From the NCBI GenBank assembly GCA_943331295.2, contig CALQLA020000001.1:64629-128628 (forward strand): DNA of 64,000 nt, in the 5' to 3' direction. This document shows positions 40,297-50,348 of this stretch, piece after piece. Positions within the stretch are counted from its first letter, which is position 1. Each line of letters begins with the position of its first letter. The stretch is from Bordetella parapertussis (lineage in GTDB: Bacteria > Pseudomonadota > Gammaproteobacteria > Burkholderiales > Casimicrobiaceae). Both the position numbers and the translations under genes were made by a program. The notes beneath the pieces were generated by a model. That model was not told the DNA's origin and did no database searches. It worked only from the letters and a program-made list of their open reading frames with translations.

Positions 40297-41469
40297 ATGT
40301 ACCTCGACCGACTCTTCAAGCTGATGGCGGAAAAACAGGCCTCCGACCTGTTCGTTTCCTGCGACGCGCCGATCAACATCAAGGTCAACGGCGTCGTCGC
40401 GCCGATTTCCTCGGTGCCGATGGACGCCGAGACCATCCGCCGCATCGCGCTCGAGCTGATGTCGAAGGAGCAGGCGCTCGTCTTCGACCGCGAGTTCGAG
40501 ATGAACCTGTCGCACTTCGACCGCGACGTCGGCAACTTCCGCATCAACATCTTCCGCCAGCGCGGGACGATCGCAATGGCGATCCGCTACATCCGCACCG
40601 TGATCCCGGCGTTCGAGGAACTGCGGCTGCCCTCGGTGCTGCTCAACCTCGTCATGGAAAAGCGCGGCATGGTGCTGATCGCCGGCGCCACGGGCTCGGG
40701 CAAGTCGACGACGCTGGCGGCGATGATCGACCACCGCAGCGCCAACCGGACCGGCCACATCCTGACGATCGAGGACCCGATCGAGTACATCTTCGGGCAC
40801 CGGCAGAGCCTCGTGAGCCAGCGCGAGATCGGCGTCGACACGCTCTCCTACCAGAATGCCCTGGTCAACGCGCTGCGCGAGGCGCCCGACCTCATCATGA
40901 TCGGCGAGATCCGCGACCGCGAGACGATGCAGAGCGCCCTGCTGCACACGCTGACCGGCCACCTGTGCCTCGCCACGCTGCACGCGAACAACAGCTACCA
41001 CGCGCTGTCGCGGATCATCAACATGTTCAACTACGAGGCGCGCTCGGGCCTCTTGTCCGACCTGTCGATCGGGCTGCGCGCCATCATCTGCCAGCGGCTG
41101 GTCCGCAACCGGCAGGGGGGGCAGCAGCCGATGGTCGAGATCCTGCTCAATACCTCGCTGATCGCCGAGCTCGTCAAGAGCGGCGAGATCACGCAGATCA
41201 AGGAAGCGATGGAGCAGTCGCTCTATCCGGGCTCGCAGACGTTCGAGCAGGCGCTGTGCCGGGCCTACCACGACAACCAGATCAACTACGACGAGGCGAT
41301 GACCGCATCCGACTCGCCGACCAACCTCGCCTGGCTGATAAACCAGAACTCGCCGACGGCCCGGGTCGAAGCGGTGCAGAAGACCGACGGGAAGCCGGCC
41401 GGCAAGCGCCTCTCCAGCGACTTCACCGCGCTGCACATCCAGCCCGAGATGCTCGACCGCCCCTACTGA
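40297..41469 (+). CDS. pilU: PilT/PilU-family type IV pilus retraction ATPase (PilU-like)
   Basis: Walker A GATGSGKSTTLAAM. Asp box IEDPIEY. Walker B LIMIGEIRD. His box ATLHAN. The N-terminus resembles PilU rather than PilT. Confidence 0.85.
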   Translation: MYLDRLFKLMAEKQASDLFVSCDAPINIKVNGVVAPISSVPMDAETIRRIALELMSKEQALVFDREFEMNLSHFDRDVGNFRINIFRQRGTIAMAIRYIRTVIPAFEELRLPSVLLNLVMEKRGMVLIAGATGSGKSTTLAAMIDHRSANRTGHILTIEDPIEYIFGHRQSLVSQREIGVDTLSYQNALVNALREAPDLIMIGEIRDRETMQSALLHTLTGHLCLATLHANNSYHALSRIINMFNYEARSGLLSDLSIGLRAIICQRLVRNRQGGQQPMVEILLNTSLIAELVKSGEITQIKEAMEQSLYPGSQTFEQALCRAYHDNQINYDEAMTASDSPTNLAWLINQNSPTARVEAVQKTDGKPAGKRLSSDFTALHIQPEMLDRPY

Positions 41470-41559
41470 CCGCCTGTCGCCGGCTGCCTTGCCCGCCGCG
41501 CGCGTCCTGCCGCGGCACCGAGTTCGCGGGCGACTCCCTTCCAGGCGCCTCACCCCTAA

Positions 41560-43622
<2,063 letters not shown>

Positions 43623-43668
43623 TACGGCGCCCCGCGACCCGCGCCGCGCCGATCTTCCGGGAATTCCC

Positions 43669-45342
43669 TTGGCAAAACCCCGCACCGGCGGCGAGATCCT
43701 CGTCGCCAACCTCGTCCTCCAGGGCGCCACGCATGCGTTCTGCGTGCCCGGCGAGAGCTTCCTCGCCGTGCTCGATGCGCTCCACGACGTGCGCGACAGG
43801 CTGCGACTCGTCGTCTGCCGGCAGGAAGGTGGCGTCGCGTTCATGGCGGAGGCCGTCGGCAAGATGACCGGCCGGCCCGGCATCGCGTTCGTCACCCGAG
43901 GGCCAGGCGCGTCGAACGCCGCGATCGGCATCCACACGGCGGCGCAGGATTCGTCGCCGATGATCGTCTTCGTCGGCCAGGTTGGCAGCGATTTCGCCGA
44001 CCGCGAGGCGTTCCAGGAAGTGGACTACCGCCGAATGTACGGCAGCATCGCCAAGTGGGTGGCGCAGATCGACCGGCCGGAACGGATTCCCGAATACGTG
44101 GCGCGGGCGTTCCGCGTGGCGATGTCCGGCCGGCCCGGCCCGGTGGTGCTGGCGCTGCCCGAGGACATGCTGACCGCGCGCGCCGCGTGCGACGACGTCG
44201 GGCCGGTCGAGCCGGTGGAGAGCGGCGCCGATGCGACCGGCGTGGCGGCGGCCTGCCGCCTGCTGGCCGGTGCGCGGAGACCGCTCGCGATCGTCGGCGG
44301 GCCGCGCTGGAACGCGGAGGCCTGCGGGGCGCTCGTCCGCTTTGCCGAGGCCGCCGGGCTGCCGGTAGCCTGCGCGTTCCGCAGCCAGGACCTCTTCGAC
44401 AACCGCCACCCGCAGTACGCCGGCGACGTGGGCATCGGCATCAATCCGAAGCTCGCGGCGCGGGTGCGCGACGCCGACGTGCTGCTCGTGATCGGCGAGC
44501 GCCTGGGCGAGATGACCACCGGCGGCTATGCGCTGCTGCAGGCGCCGGTGCCCAGGCAGGCGCTGATCCACGTCCATCCGGATGCCGGCGAGCTCGGCCG
44601 CGTCTACCAGCCAGCGGTGGCGATCGCGGCGACGCCCGGCAGTTTCTTCGCGGCGATGAACGCGGCGCCCCGTGCCGGCACCCGCAACGGAGACGATGCC
44701 GCCCTCGCCAATGCCGACTATCGCGCGTGGCGCGCGCCGCGGCCGGTACCCGGCCCGCTCGACCTGTGGCAGGTCGTGACGTGGCTCGACGAGACACTAC
44801 CGGACGATGCGGTCGTCACCAACGGCGCCGGCAACTATTCGGTGTGGATGCATCGCCTGTTCCGGTATCGCGGGTTCCGGACGCAGCTTGCCCCCTACTC
44901 CGGTGCGATGGGCTACGGCGTGCCGGCAGCGATCGCCGCCAAGGCGCTCTACCCGCAGCGCGTCGTCGTCTCGTGGAACGGCGACGGCTGCTTCCTGATG
45001 AACGGGCAGGAGCTCGCCACCGCCGTCCAGTACGACCTCGCCGTGATCTTCGTCGTCGTCGACAACGGCATGTACGGGACCATCCGGATGCATCAGGAGC
45101 GCAACTACCCGGCCCGCGTCGAGGGCACCGCCTTGCGCAACCCCGATTTCGCGGCACTCGCGCGGGCCTACGGCGCGCACGGCGAGACGGTCGTCGCCAC
45201 CGCCGAATTCGCGCCGGCCTTCGAGCGGGCGCAGGCCGCCGGCCGGCCGGCACTGCTGCACCTGAAGCTCGATCCGCAGGCGCTCACGATGAACGCGACG
45301 CTCGACCAGTTGCGTGCGCAGGGCCTTGCGGCCCGCGGCTAA
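43669..45342 (+). CDS. thiamine-pyrophosphate-dependent enzyme (acetolactate synthase-like, function unknown)
   Basis: The start codon is TTG. N-terminal TPP_N domain (GEILVANLVLQGATHAFCVPGES). C-terminal TPP-binding motif (NGDGCFLMNGQEL...NNGMYG). Confidence 0.8.
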   Translation: MAKPRTGGEILVANLVLQGATHAFCVPGESFLAVLDALHDVRDRLRLVVCRQEGGVAFMAEAVGKMTGRPGIAFVTRGPGASNAAIGIHTAAQDSSPMIVFVGQVGSDFADREAFQEVDYRRMYGSIAKWVAQIDRPERIPEYVARAFRVAMSGRPGPVVLALPEDMLTARAACDDVGPVEPVESGADATGVAAACRLLAGARRPLAIVGGPRWNAEACGALVRFAEAAGLPVACAFRSQDLFDNRHPQYAGDVGIGINPKLAARVRDADVLLVIGERLGEMTTGGYALLQAPVPRQALIHVHPDAGELGRVYQPAVAIAATPGSFFAAMNAAPRAGTRNGDDAALANADYRAWRAPRPVPGPLDLWQVVTWLDETLPDDAVVTNGAGNYSVWMHRLFRYRGFRTQLAPYSGAMGYGVPAAIAAKALYPQRVVVSWNGDGCFLMNGQELATAVQYDLAVIFVVVDNGMYGTIRMHQERNYPARVEGTALRNPDFAALARAYGAHGETVVATAEFAPAFERAQAAGRPALLHLKLDPQALTMNATLDQLRAQGLAARG

Positions 45343-46208
45343 CCCGCCAGCGCCGCCAGCCGGCGCAACAGGTCCGGCGCCGTGCGCGCCACCAACTCGC
45401 GGAATGCCGCGTCGGGGCCGTCCGTCTTCCACGCCAGCAGCCGGGCATACGCGTCCTCATCGGCCGCGACACGCTGCAGGTGGCGGGCCAGCGCTGCGGG
45501 GCCGTCGAAATCGGTGGCGTCGATGAAGCACCGCGGGCCCGGCGCAAATGCGGCAACCTCGGGAGCGCCGAGGTAGACCGGCACCGATCCCGCGACCAGG
45601 GGATCGAAGAACTTCTCTGTCACGTAGTCCGGCGCGATCGAGTTCTCGAACGCCAGCGTGAACTTGTACCGGGCTATCGTCGCCAGCTTCGTCGACCGGC
45701 CGGCGTCGCCAGGCAGCGTCCGGTTGCGCAGGCATCGCCCGTACGAATCCACGTTCATGTGCCGCATCAGCGCCGCCACGAGGTCATGGCGGCCGCTGTG
45801 GTCGTGGCGATTGGATGCGAAGTAGACGGCGAGCGCTGCTTCGGTCTTGGGCTGCGGCGGTTCGACGAGCGCGGCCAGGAGTCCGGTGTCCAGGTACGGC
45901 GTCCAGATGTCGGCATCGCGCCGGTAGCCCATCGTGAAATCGAACTGACGCATGTACACGGGATGCGCAAGCTGAGGGTAGTTGACCGCGCTTTCCATCG
46001 ACCACGCGACCCAGCGCTGGCCGGCGCGCTTGCGGATTCCGGCCACGCCGCCCAGCGTCGGGATGTGGAACACGACCACATCGGCCTCGGGAACGAGGGC
46101 CTTGTCGAACGTCAGCCGGCACGCCGGGGCGGCGTCATCGCGGGGTTGCGGCGCACAGCTCCAGTCGTCGTTGTAGAAGAGGATCGTCGGCAGAGCGCTA
46201 TGCGGCAT
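45339..46208 (-). CDS. GT10-family alpha-1,3/4-fucosyltransferase-like glycosyltransferase
   Basis: Hallmark GT10 motif KFTLAFENSIAPDYVTEKFFD (FENS..TEK at 45612-45650), plus RWVAWSMES and SVPVYLGAP. An alternative ATG at 46253 exists. The stop overlaps the convergent TPP gene stop (CTAA). Confidence 0.75.
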   Translation of the reverse strand: MPHSALPTILFYNDDWSCAPQPRDDAAPACRLTFDKALVPEADVVVFHIPTLGGVAGIRKRAGQRWVAWSMESAVNYPQLAHPVYMRQFDFTMGYRRDADIWTPYLDTGLLAALVEPPQPKTEAALAVYFASNRHDHSGRHDLVAALMRHMNVDSYGRCLRNRTLPGDAGRSTKLATIARYKFTLAFENSIAPDYVTEKFFDPLVAGSVPVYLGAPEVAAFAPGPRCFIDATDFDGPAALARHLQRVAADEDAYARLLAWKTDGPDAAFRELVARTAPDLLRRLAALAG

Positions 46209-46224
46209 CGGCGGTCGGGCGTGA

Positions 46225-46767
46225 TCAGGCGCCGGTGCGCGGCGAGACGGCATCCCCGAGCGTGATGTCGACCATCAACTCGTTCGCCAGCGATTCCAGC
46301 ACGCGGCGCAGGTCGTCGGTCGCCACGCCGGCGGGCACGCTCAACCGCGCCCGGGCCTGGAACATCGACTCGCCCGACATCGCGCCGCTGACGATCTCGG
46401 TCTGCAGCTCGTCGATGCTGATTCCGGCATCGGCGAGCGCGCGCGAGATGTCGCGGACGATGCCGGGCCGGTCGAGGCCGACGAGGTCGAGCTCCAGCAT
46501 CCGGCCGGCGACGGGCGCCGGCACATCGCGGCCGGCGGCGATGACGACGGAGAGGCCCGGCGACTCCAGCGCGGCCAGCGCCGCGGCGAGCGGCTGCGCC
46601 TTTTCCGCCGCGACCTCGAAGCGGACCATTCCCGCGAATTGCCCGGCGAGGCTTGCCATCCGGCTCTCGGCCCAGCTGGCGCCGTGGGCCTTGCCGCATT
46701 CGGACAGCAGGCTGACCAGCCCGGGGCGGTCGGGGCCGATGACGGTGACGACGACGGATGCGGCCAT
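46225..46767 (-). CDS. tandem ACT-domain protein (glycine cleavage system repressor GcvR-like)
   Basis: Two ACT-like halves (VVTVIGPDRPGLVSLLSE and LDLVGLDRPGIVRDISRALAD). 180 aa, the size of GcvR. Confidence 0.7.
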   Translation of the reverse strand: MAASVVVTVIGPDRPGLVSLLSECGKAHGASWAESRMASLAGQFAGMVRFEVAAEKAQPLAAALAALESPGLSVVIAAGRDVPAPVAGRMLELDLVGLDRPGIVRDISRALADAGISIDELQTEIVSGAMSGESMFQARARLSVPAGVATDDLRRVLESLANELMVDITLGDAVSPRTGA

Positions 46768-46771
46768 GGCG

Positions 46772-47110
46772 TCAGGCCGACGCGGGTTCGCCGGCGGCGT
46801 CGCCCGGCGCGTCGGCGGCGGGCAGCAGGCGACCGGAAAAAATCCGGGCGAGGCGCTTCACCTCGGTCTCGTTCCACGGGCAGGCATCGACGACGCGGCC
46901 CAGCGTCAGCATGGCCAGCGCATCGCGCCGTCGCGTCGACCACGAGCGGTCGACCTCGGCCCGCGACAGCGCGTGGCTGGCGCAGACCCGCAGCACTGCG
47001 CTGCGGTGCGGATCGCCGTCGAGGCGGCGCTGCAGCACGGCGGTGGCGGCGGCGATCATCCGGTCGTCGTCGTCGCTGGTATGGTACGAGAGCAGAGGAT
47101 CGATCCCCAT
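46772..47110 (-). CDS. hypothetical protein (112 aa)
   Basis: ATG 47110 is preceded by a strong AGGAGG RBS 7 nt upstream. Only 11 nt and 4 nt separate it from the flanking genes. No family recognised. Confidence 0.45.
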   Translation of the reverse strand: MGIDPLLSYHTSDDDDRMIAAATAVLQRRLDGDPHRSAVLRVCASHALSRAEVDRSWSTRRRDALAMLTLGRVVDACPWNETEVKRLARIFSGRLLPAADAPGDAAGEPASA

Positions 47111-47121
47111 GGCACCGCCTC

Positions 47122-48408
47122 CTAGCGCGTGTTTCCCGTGTGGCCCAGCGAGTAGCGGCCCGGCTGCGGCCACACCGTCAGCCCGTGCGGCTCCTTCCCG
47201 ACCGGGATGTTGGTGACGCTGCCGGTCGCGGTGTCGATCGCGTAGACGACGTTGTCGTAGCGGCCCGAAAGCCACAGCATCTTGCCGTCGGCGCTGACGT
47301 TGCCCATGTCGGGACTGCCGCCACCGGGGATCGGCCATGTGACGTCGATCTTCTGCGTCGCGAAGTCGAGCACCGACACGCTGCCCTTGCCCTTTGGCGG
47401 GCCGTGGATCTTGTTCGAGCCGCGGTTCGCGACGTAGAGCTTCCTGCCGTCGCGGCTTGGGTAGAGGCCGTGCGCGCCGACGCCCGTCGGGATGAAGCCG
47501 ACCTGCCGGAACGTCGCACCGTCGACAACGTGCACGCCGTTCGACATCATGTCGGCGACGTAGAAGAGCTTGCCGTCGGGCGAGACGCGGATGTCCTGCG
47601 GCATGCCCTTCCAGGTGGTGCAGATCGTCTCGTCGCGGCCGTCGATCCCCTTCACGGTGGTCGTCTTGACGCCGGGCTTGATGAGCTGGATGTAGCCCAG
47701 GACCTTGCGCTCGACCATGTCGATCTTGGCCACCGTGCCGTCGAACTCGCAGGTGAAGATCGCGAACCGGCCGTCGATCGAGAAGTCCGCGTGGTTGATG
47801 CCGCCGCAGCGCGGAACCGCCAGCGAGCCCTGCAGCGCGAGCGTCGCCGGGTCGCGGAAGTCGAGCCGCTTCAGCGCTTCGGCGACGACGATCACCGACT
47901 TGCCGTCGGGCGTGCTGTACACGTTGTACGGGTCGTCGACGGGAACGGCCTTGCCGGGCTTGCCGGTGCGCGGGTCGACCGGGGTCATGCTCCCGTCCTT
48001 GCGGCCCTCGGCGTTGTTGGCGACCCAAAGCGTGCGCATGTCCCACGACGGCACGACGTGCTGCGGATTGATGCCGACCTTGAACTTGTCGACCACCTTG
48101 AGCGTGGCCGGATCGATGACGTAGACGTCGTTCGTCTGGAGGTGCGGCACGTAGACGCGTGCCAGGTCGCCCGCCACCGCGGCGCTGACCTTGCCGGCGG
48201 CGGCTTCGCTGTAGAGGTTCGCCGGGTCGATCACCGGCGGCATGCCGGGGACGGTCGCCACCGCGGGGGCCGGCGGCGCGCCCGGCGCCTGCCCGGTCGC
48301 GACCTGGGCCAGTCCCGGCAGCGCGAGGGCAAAGGCCACCCCGAGGGCGGAAAGAAGATAGGGACGCGTGCGGCGGTGGTTCACGTTCACTCCTGGTGTC
48401 GGCATCAT
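47122..48408 (-). CDS. secreted YVTN-family beta-propeller repeat protein
   Basis: Signal peptide with an RR pair (NHRRTRPYLLSALGVAFALALPGLAQ). Repeated propeller blades (YVIDPATLKVV, STPDGKSVIVV, VSPDGKLFYVAD, PSRDGRKLYVANRG, VSADGKMLWLSG). Confidence 0.75.
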   Translation of the reverse strand: MMPTPGVNVNHRRTRPYLLSALGVAFALALPGLAQVATGQAPGAPPAPAVATVPGMPPVIDPANLYSEAAAGKVSAAVAGDLARVYVPHLQTNDVYVIDPATLKVVDKFKVGINPQHVVPSWDMRTLWVANNAEGRKDGSMTPVDPRTGKPGKAVPVDDPYNVYSTPDGKSVIVVAEALKRLDFRDPATLALQGSLAVPRCGGINHADFSIDGRFAIFTCEFDGTVAKIDMVERKVLGYIQLIKPGVKTTTVKGIDGRDETICTTWKGMPQDIRVSPDGKLFYVADMMSNGVHVVDGATFRQVGFIPTGVGAHGLYPSRDGRKLYVANRGSNKIHGPPKGKGSVSVLDFATQKIDVTWPIPGGGSPDMGNVSADGKMLWLSGRYDNVVYAIDTATGSVTNIPVGKEPHGLTVWPQPGRYSLGHTGNTR

Positions 48409-48427
48409 GATCCTGTAAGGGCCGGCT

Positions 48428-49234
48428 CTATCGTACGGCAGCCTTGCGTATGGCGTCGACGGTGCGGGCGACGATCGCGGCGACGCCGAGCTGCCCCAGC
48501 TCGGCGCTCGAGCGCGCCGGGTCGCCGTGGACACCGTCGGCGTCGGCGAGACGTGCGGCACCGCCCAGCATCTCGCGGCGCACGAGCGACGGATCGACCG
48601 CCATCGCGAGCGACGTATCGGCGAGCCCGGCGTGGGTGCCGATCTCGGCGGGCCGTATGCCGCGGCTCTTGAGCGCCGCGGGATAGTCGACGTCGACCGC
48701 GGTGTAGTACTCGTCGATCGCGTGCGCGCGCACCGGTGTGGCCGCCCATTCGCGGTTGAGGCGCTTCGCGACGGCGCGGTCGTTCTTCTGGTAGCCGCCG
48801 TGATCGCCGAGGAACACGACGTCGCGGAAGCCGTGCAGCTTGAAGCTGCGCGCCGCGCTTTCGAGCGTCTTCTCGAACACGTCGTCGGGGACGGTGATCG
48901 TGCCGGGGTAGCGCAGGTGGGCCTGCGGCGGGGAAAGCCCGCCCTCGGGCACATAGGCGACGACGGGCGCCACCAGCGCGTTGCCGAGCGCCAGGGCGAT
49001 TTTCCCGGCGAGAAAGCGCGACCGGGCGTTGTGCTTGCCCAGCACCATGTGGGGTCCGTTCTGCTCGGTGCCGCCGACGGGGACGATGATCGTGGTCTTG
49101 CCGGCCCGGACCTGGTCGCGGAGCTCGGTCCAGGTGAAGTCCTCGAGGTACACGCTGGACGGCGCCGCCGCCCGGGCGGCGGGGGCCAACGCAAACGACA
49201 GCGACAGCAGCACGACGGCAACGCGAAGCATCAT
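48428..49234 (-). CDS. creatininase-family amidohydrolase with an N-terminal signal peptide
   Basis: Signal-like N-terminus MMLRVAVVLLSLSFALAPAARA. Creatininase motifs VPVGGTEQNGPHMVLGKHN and FLGDHGG. Confidence 0.8.
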   Translation of the reverse strand: MMLRVAVVLLSLSFALAPAARAAAPSSVYLEDFTWTELRDQVRAGKTTIIVPVGGTEQNGPHMVLGKHNARSRFLAGKIALALGNALVAPVVAYVPEGGLSPPQAHLRYPGTITVPDDVFEKTLESAARSFKLHGFRDVVFLGDHGGYQKNDRAVAKRLNREWAATPVRAHAIDEYYTAVDVDYPAALKSRGIRPAEIGTHAGLADTSLAMAVDPSLVRREMLGGAARLADADGVHGDPARSSAELGQLGVAAIVARTVDAIRKAAVR

Positions 49235-49405
49235 CCCTGCATCTTAGGCGATCGGCGCCGATCGGGCCATCTGCGCCGCAGCATCCTCCTCCGCGGGCAT
49301 GGTCCGGGCGCGGCGCCGGCCGCGGGACACCGCCAGCGACGAATGCGGTATTCTCTTTACCCGCCGGAACCGATGCGATCCGGCGCGGCCACGGAGCGAG
49401 GCACC

Positions 49406-50287
49406 ATGGAAACACCCACCGGCAGCAGGAAGCGCGTGGCCGTCGTGATCGGCGCCGGCAGCGTCAAGTGCGCAGCTGCGATCGGCCTCGCGCACGTGCT
49501 CGCGCGCGAGAACGTCGCGATCGACCTGCTGGTGGGATGCAGCGCCGGCAGCATCTTCACCGCACTGACCGCGATCGGGCACAACAGCGAGGTCGCAGCC
49601 GACATGGCCTCGCGGCTGTGGACGCACGACCTCACCTCCGGCCGCGATCACCGCGCGCTCCTTTCCGCGCTGATGCCGCGGATGTTCGGCTTCAACGAGC
49701 ACTTCGGGCTGCGCCGCGACAACCAGGTGATGGGCCGCCTGCGCGACGCCTTCGGCGAAGCCCGCCTGGAGGAAATGCGCGTGCCGCTGCGATTGACGGC
49801 GACCGATTTCCACAGCGGCGAGCAGGTGGTGTTCGGCGAGGGCAGCCTGATCAACGCGATCCGGGCGAGCATCTCGATTCCGTTCATCTTCAAGCCCTGG
49901 GACATCGACGGCAGGCTCTGCGTCGACGGCTTCGTGTCCGACCCGCTGCCCGTCAACGTCGCGATCAGCGAGGGCGCCGATATCGTGATCGCGATGGGCT
50001 TCGAGAGCCCGCGCCAGGAGCAGGTGCACTCGCCGATACGCTTTGCGTTCCAATTGTCGTCGATCATGACCAACAACCTGATGCGCTCGCGGTACGCGAT
50101 GCACCATCTCGCGCGCTACAGCGAGGTGATCCCGGTCATTCCGCACTTCAAGGAACACATCAAGCTGTTCGACGCCGCCAAGATCCCGTACATCGTGGAG
50201 GAAGGCGCGCGCGCGACCGAGGCGATCCTTCCCCGCCTGCGCGAGATGCTGGCCGCGCCACCCGAGGGCGCGGACAGCACGCATTGA
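49406..50287 (+). CDS. patatin-like phospholipase
   Basis: Oxyanion loop GAGSVK. Nucleophile elbow GCSAG. Catalytic Asp in VDGFV. Confidence 0.85.
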   Translation: METPTGSRKRVAVVIGAGSVKCAAAIGLAHVLARENVAIDLLVGCSAGSIFTALTAIGHNSEVAADMASRLWTHDLTSGRDHRALLSALMPRMFGFNEHFGLRRDNQVMGRLRDAFGEARLEEMRVPLRLTATDFHSGEQVVFGEGSLINAIRASISIPFIFKPWDIDGRLCVDGFVSDPLPVNVAISEGADIVIAMGFESPRQEQVHSPIRFAFQLSSIMTNNLMRSRYAMHHLARYSEVIPVIPHFKEHIKLFDAAKIPYIVEEGARATEAILPRLREMLAAPPEGADSTH

Positions 50288-50348
50288 CGGCTTCCGCGCG
50301 CGCATTGCCGGCGGGCGAAGCACGCCCGCGCCGCGACCGGGCAAGGCG

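Noticed and set aside
48428-49234. Creatininase-family gene as the mycofactocin peptidase MftE, or the neighbouring 112-aa ORF as a RiPP precursor or recognition element.
   Set aside because: There is no radical-SAM MftC, MftB/D/F or short precursor with a suitable C-terminus nearby. The enzyme carries a signal peptide, which is inconsistent with the cytoplasmic mycofactocin pathway.
49406-50287. Patatin-like phospholipase as a CBASS-type (CapV) or other anti-phage effector.
   Set aside because: There is no cyclase/nucleotidyltransferase, E1/E2/JAB, or any other defence-associated gene adjacent. It stands alone and is convergent with the kinase gene.
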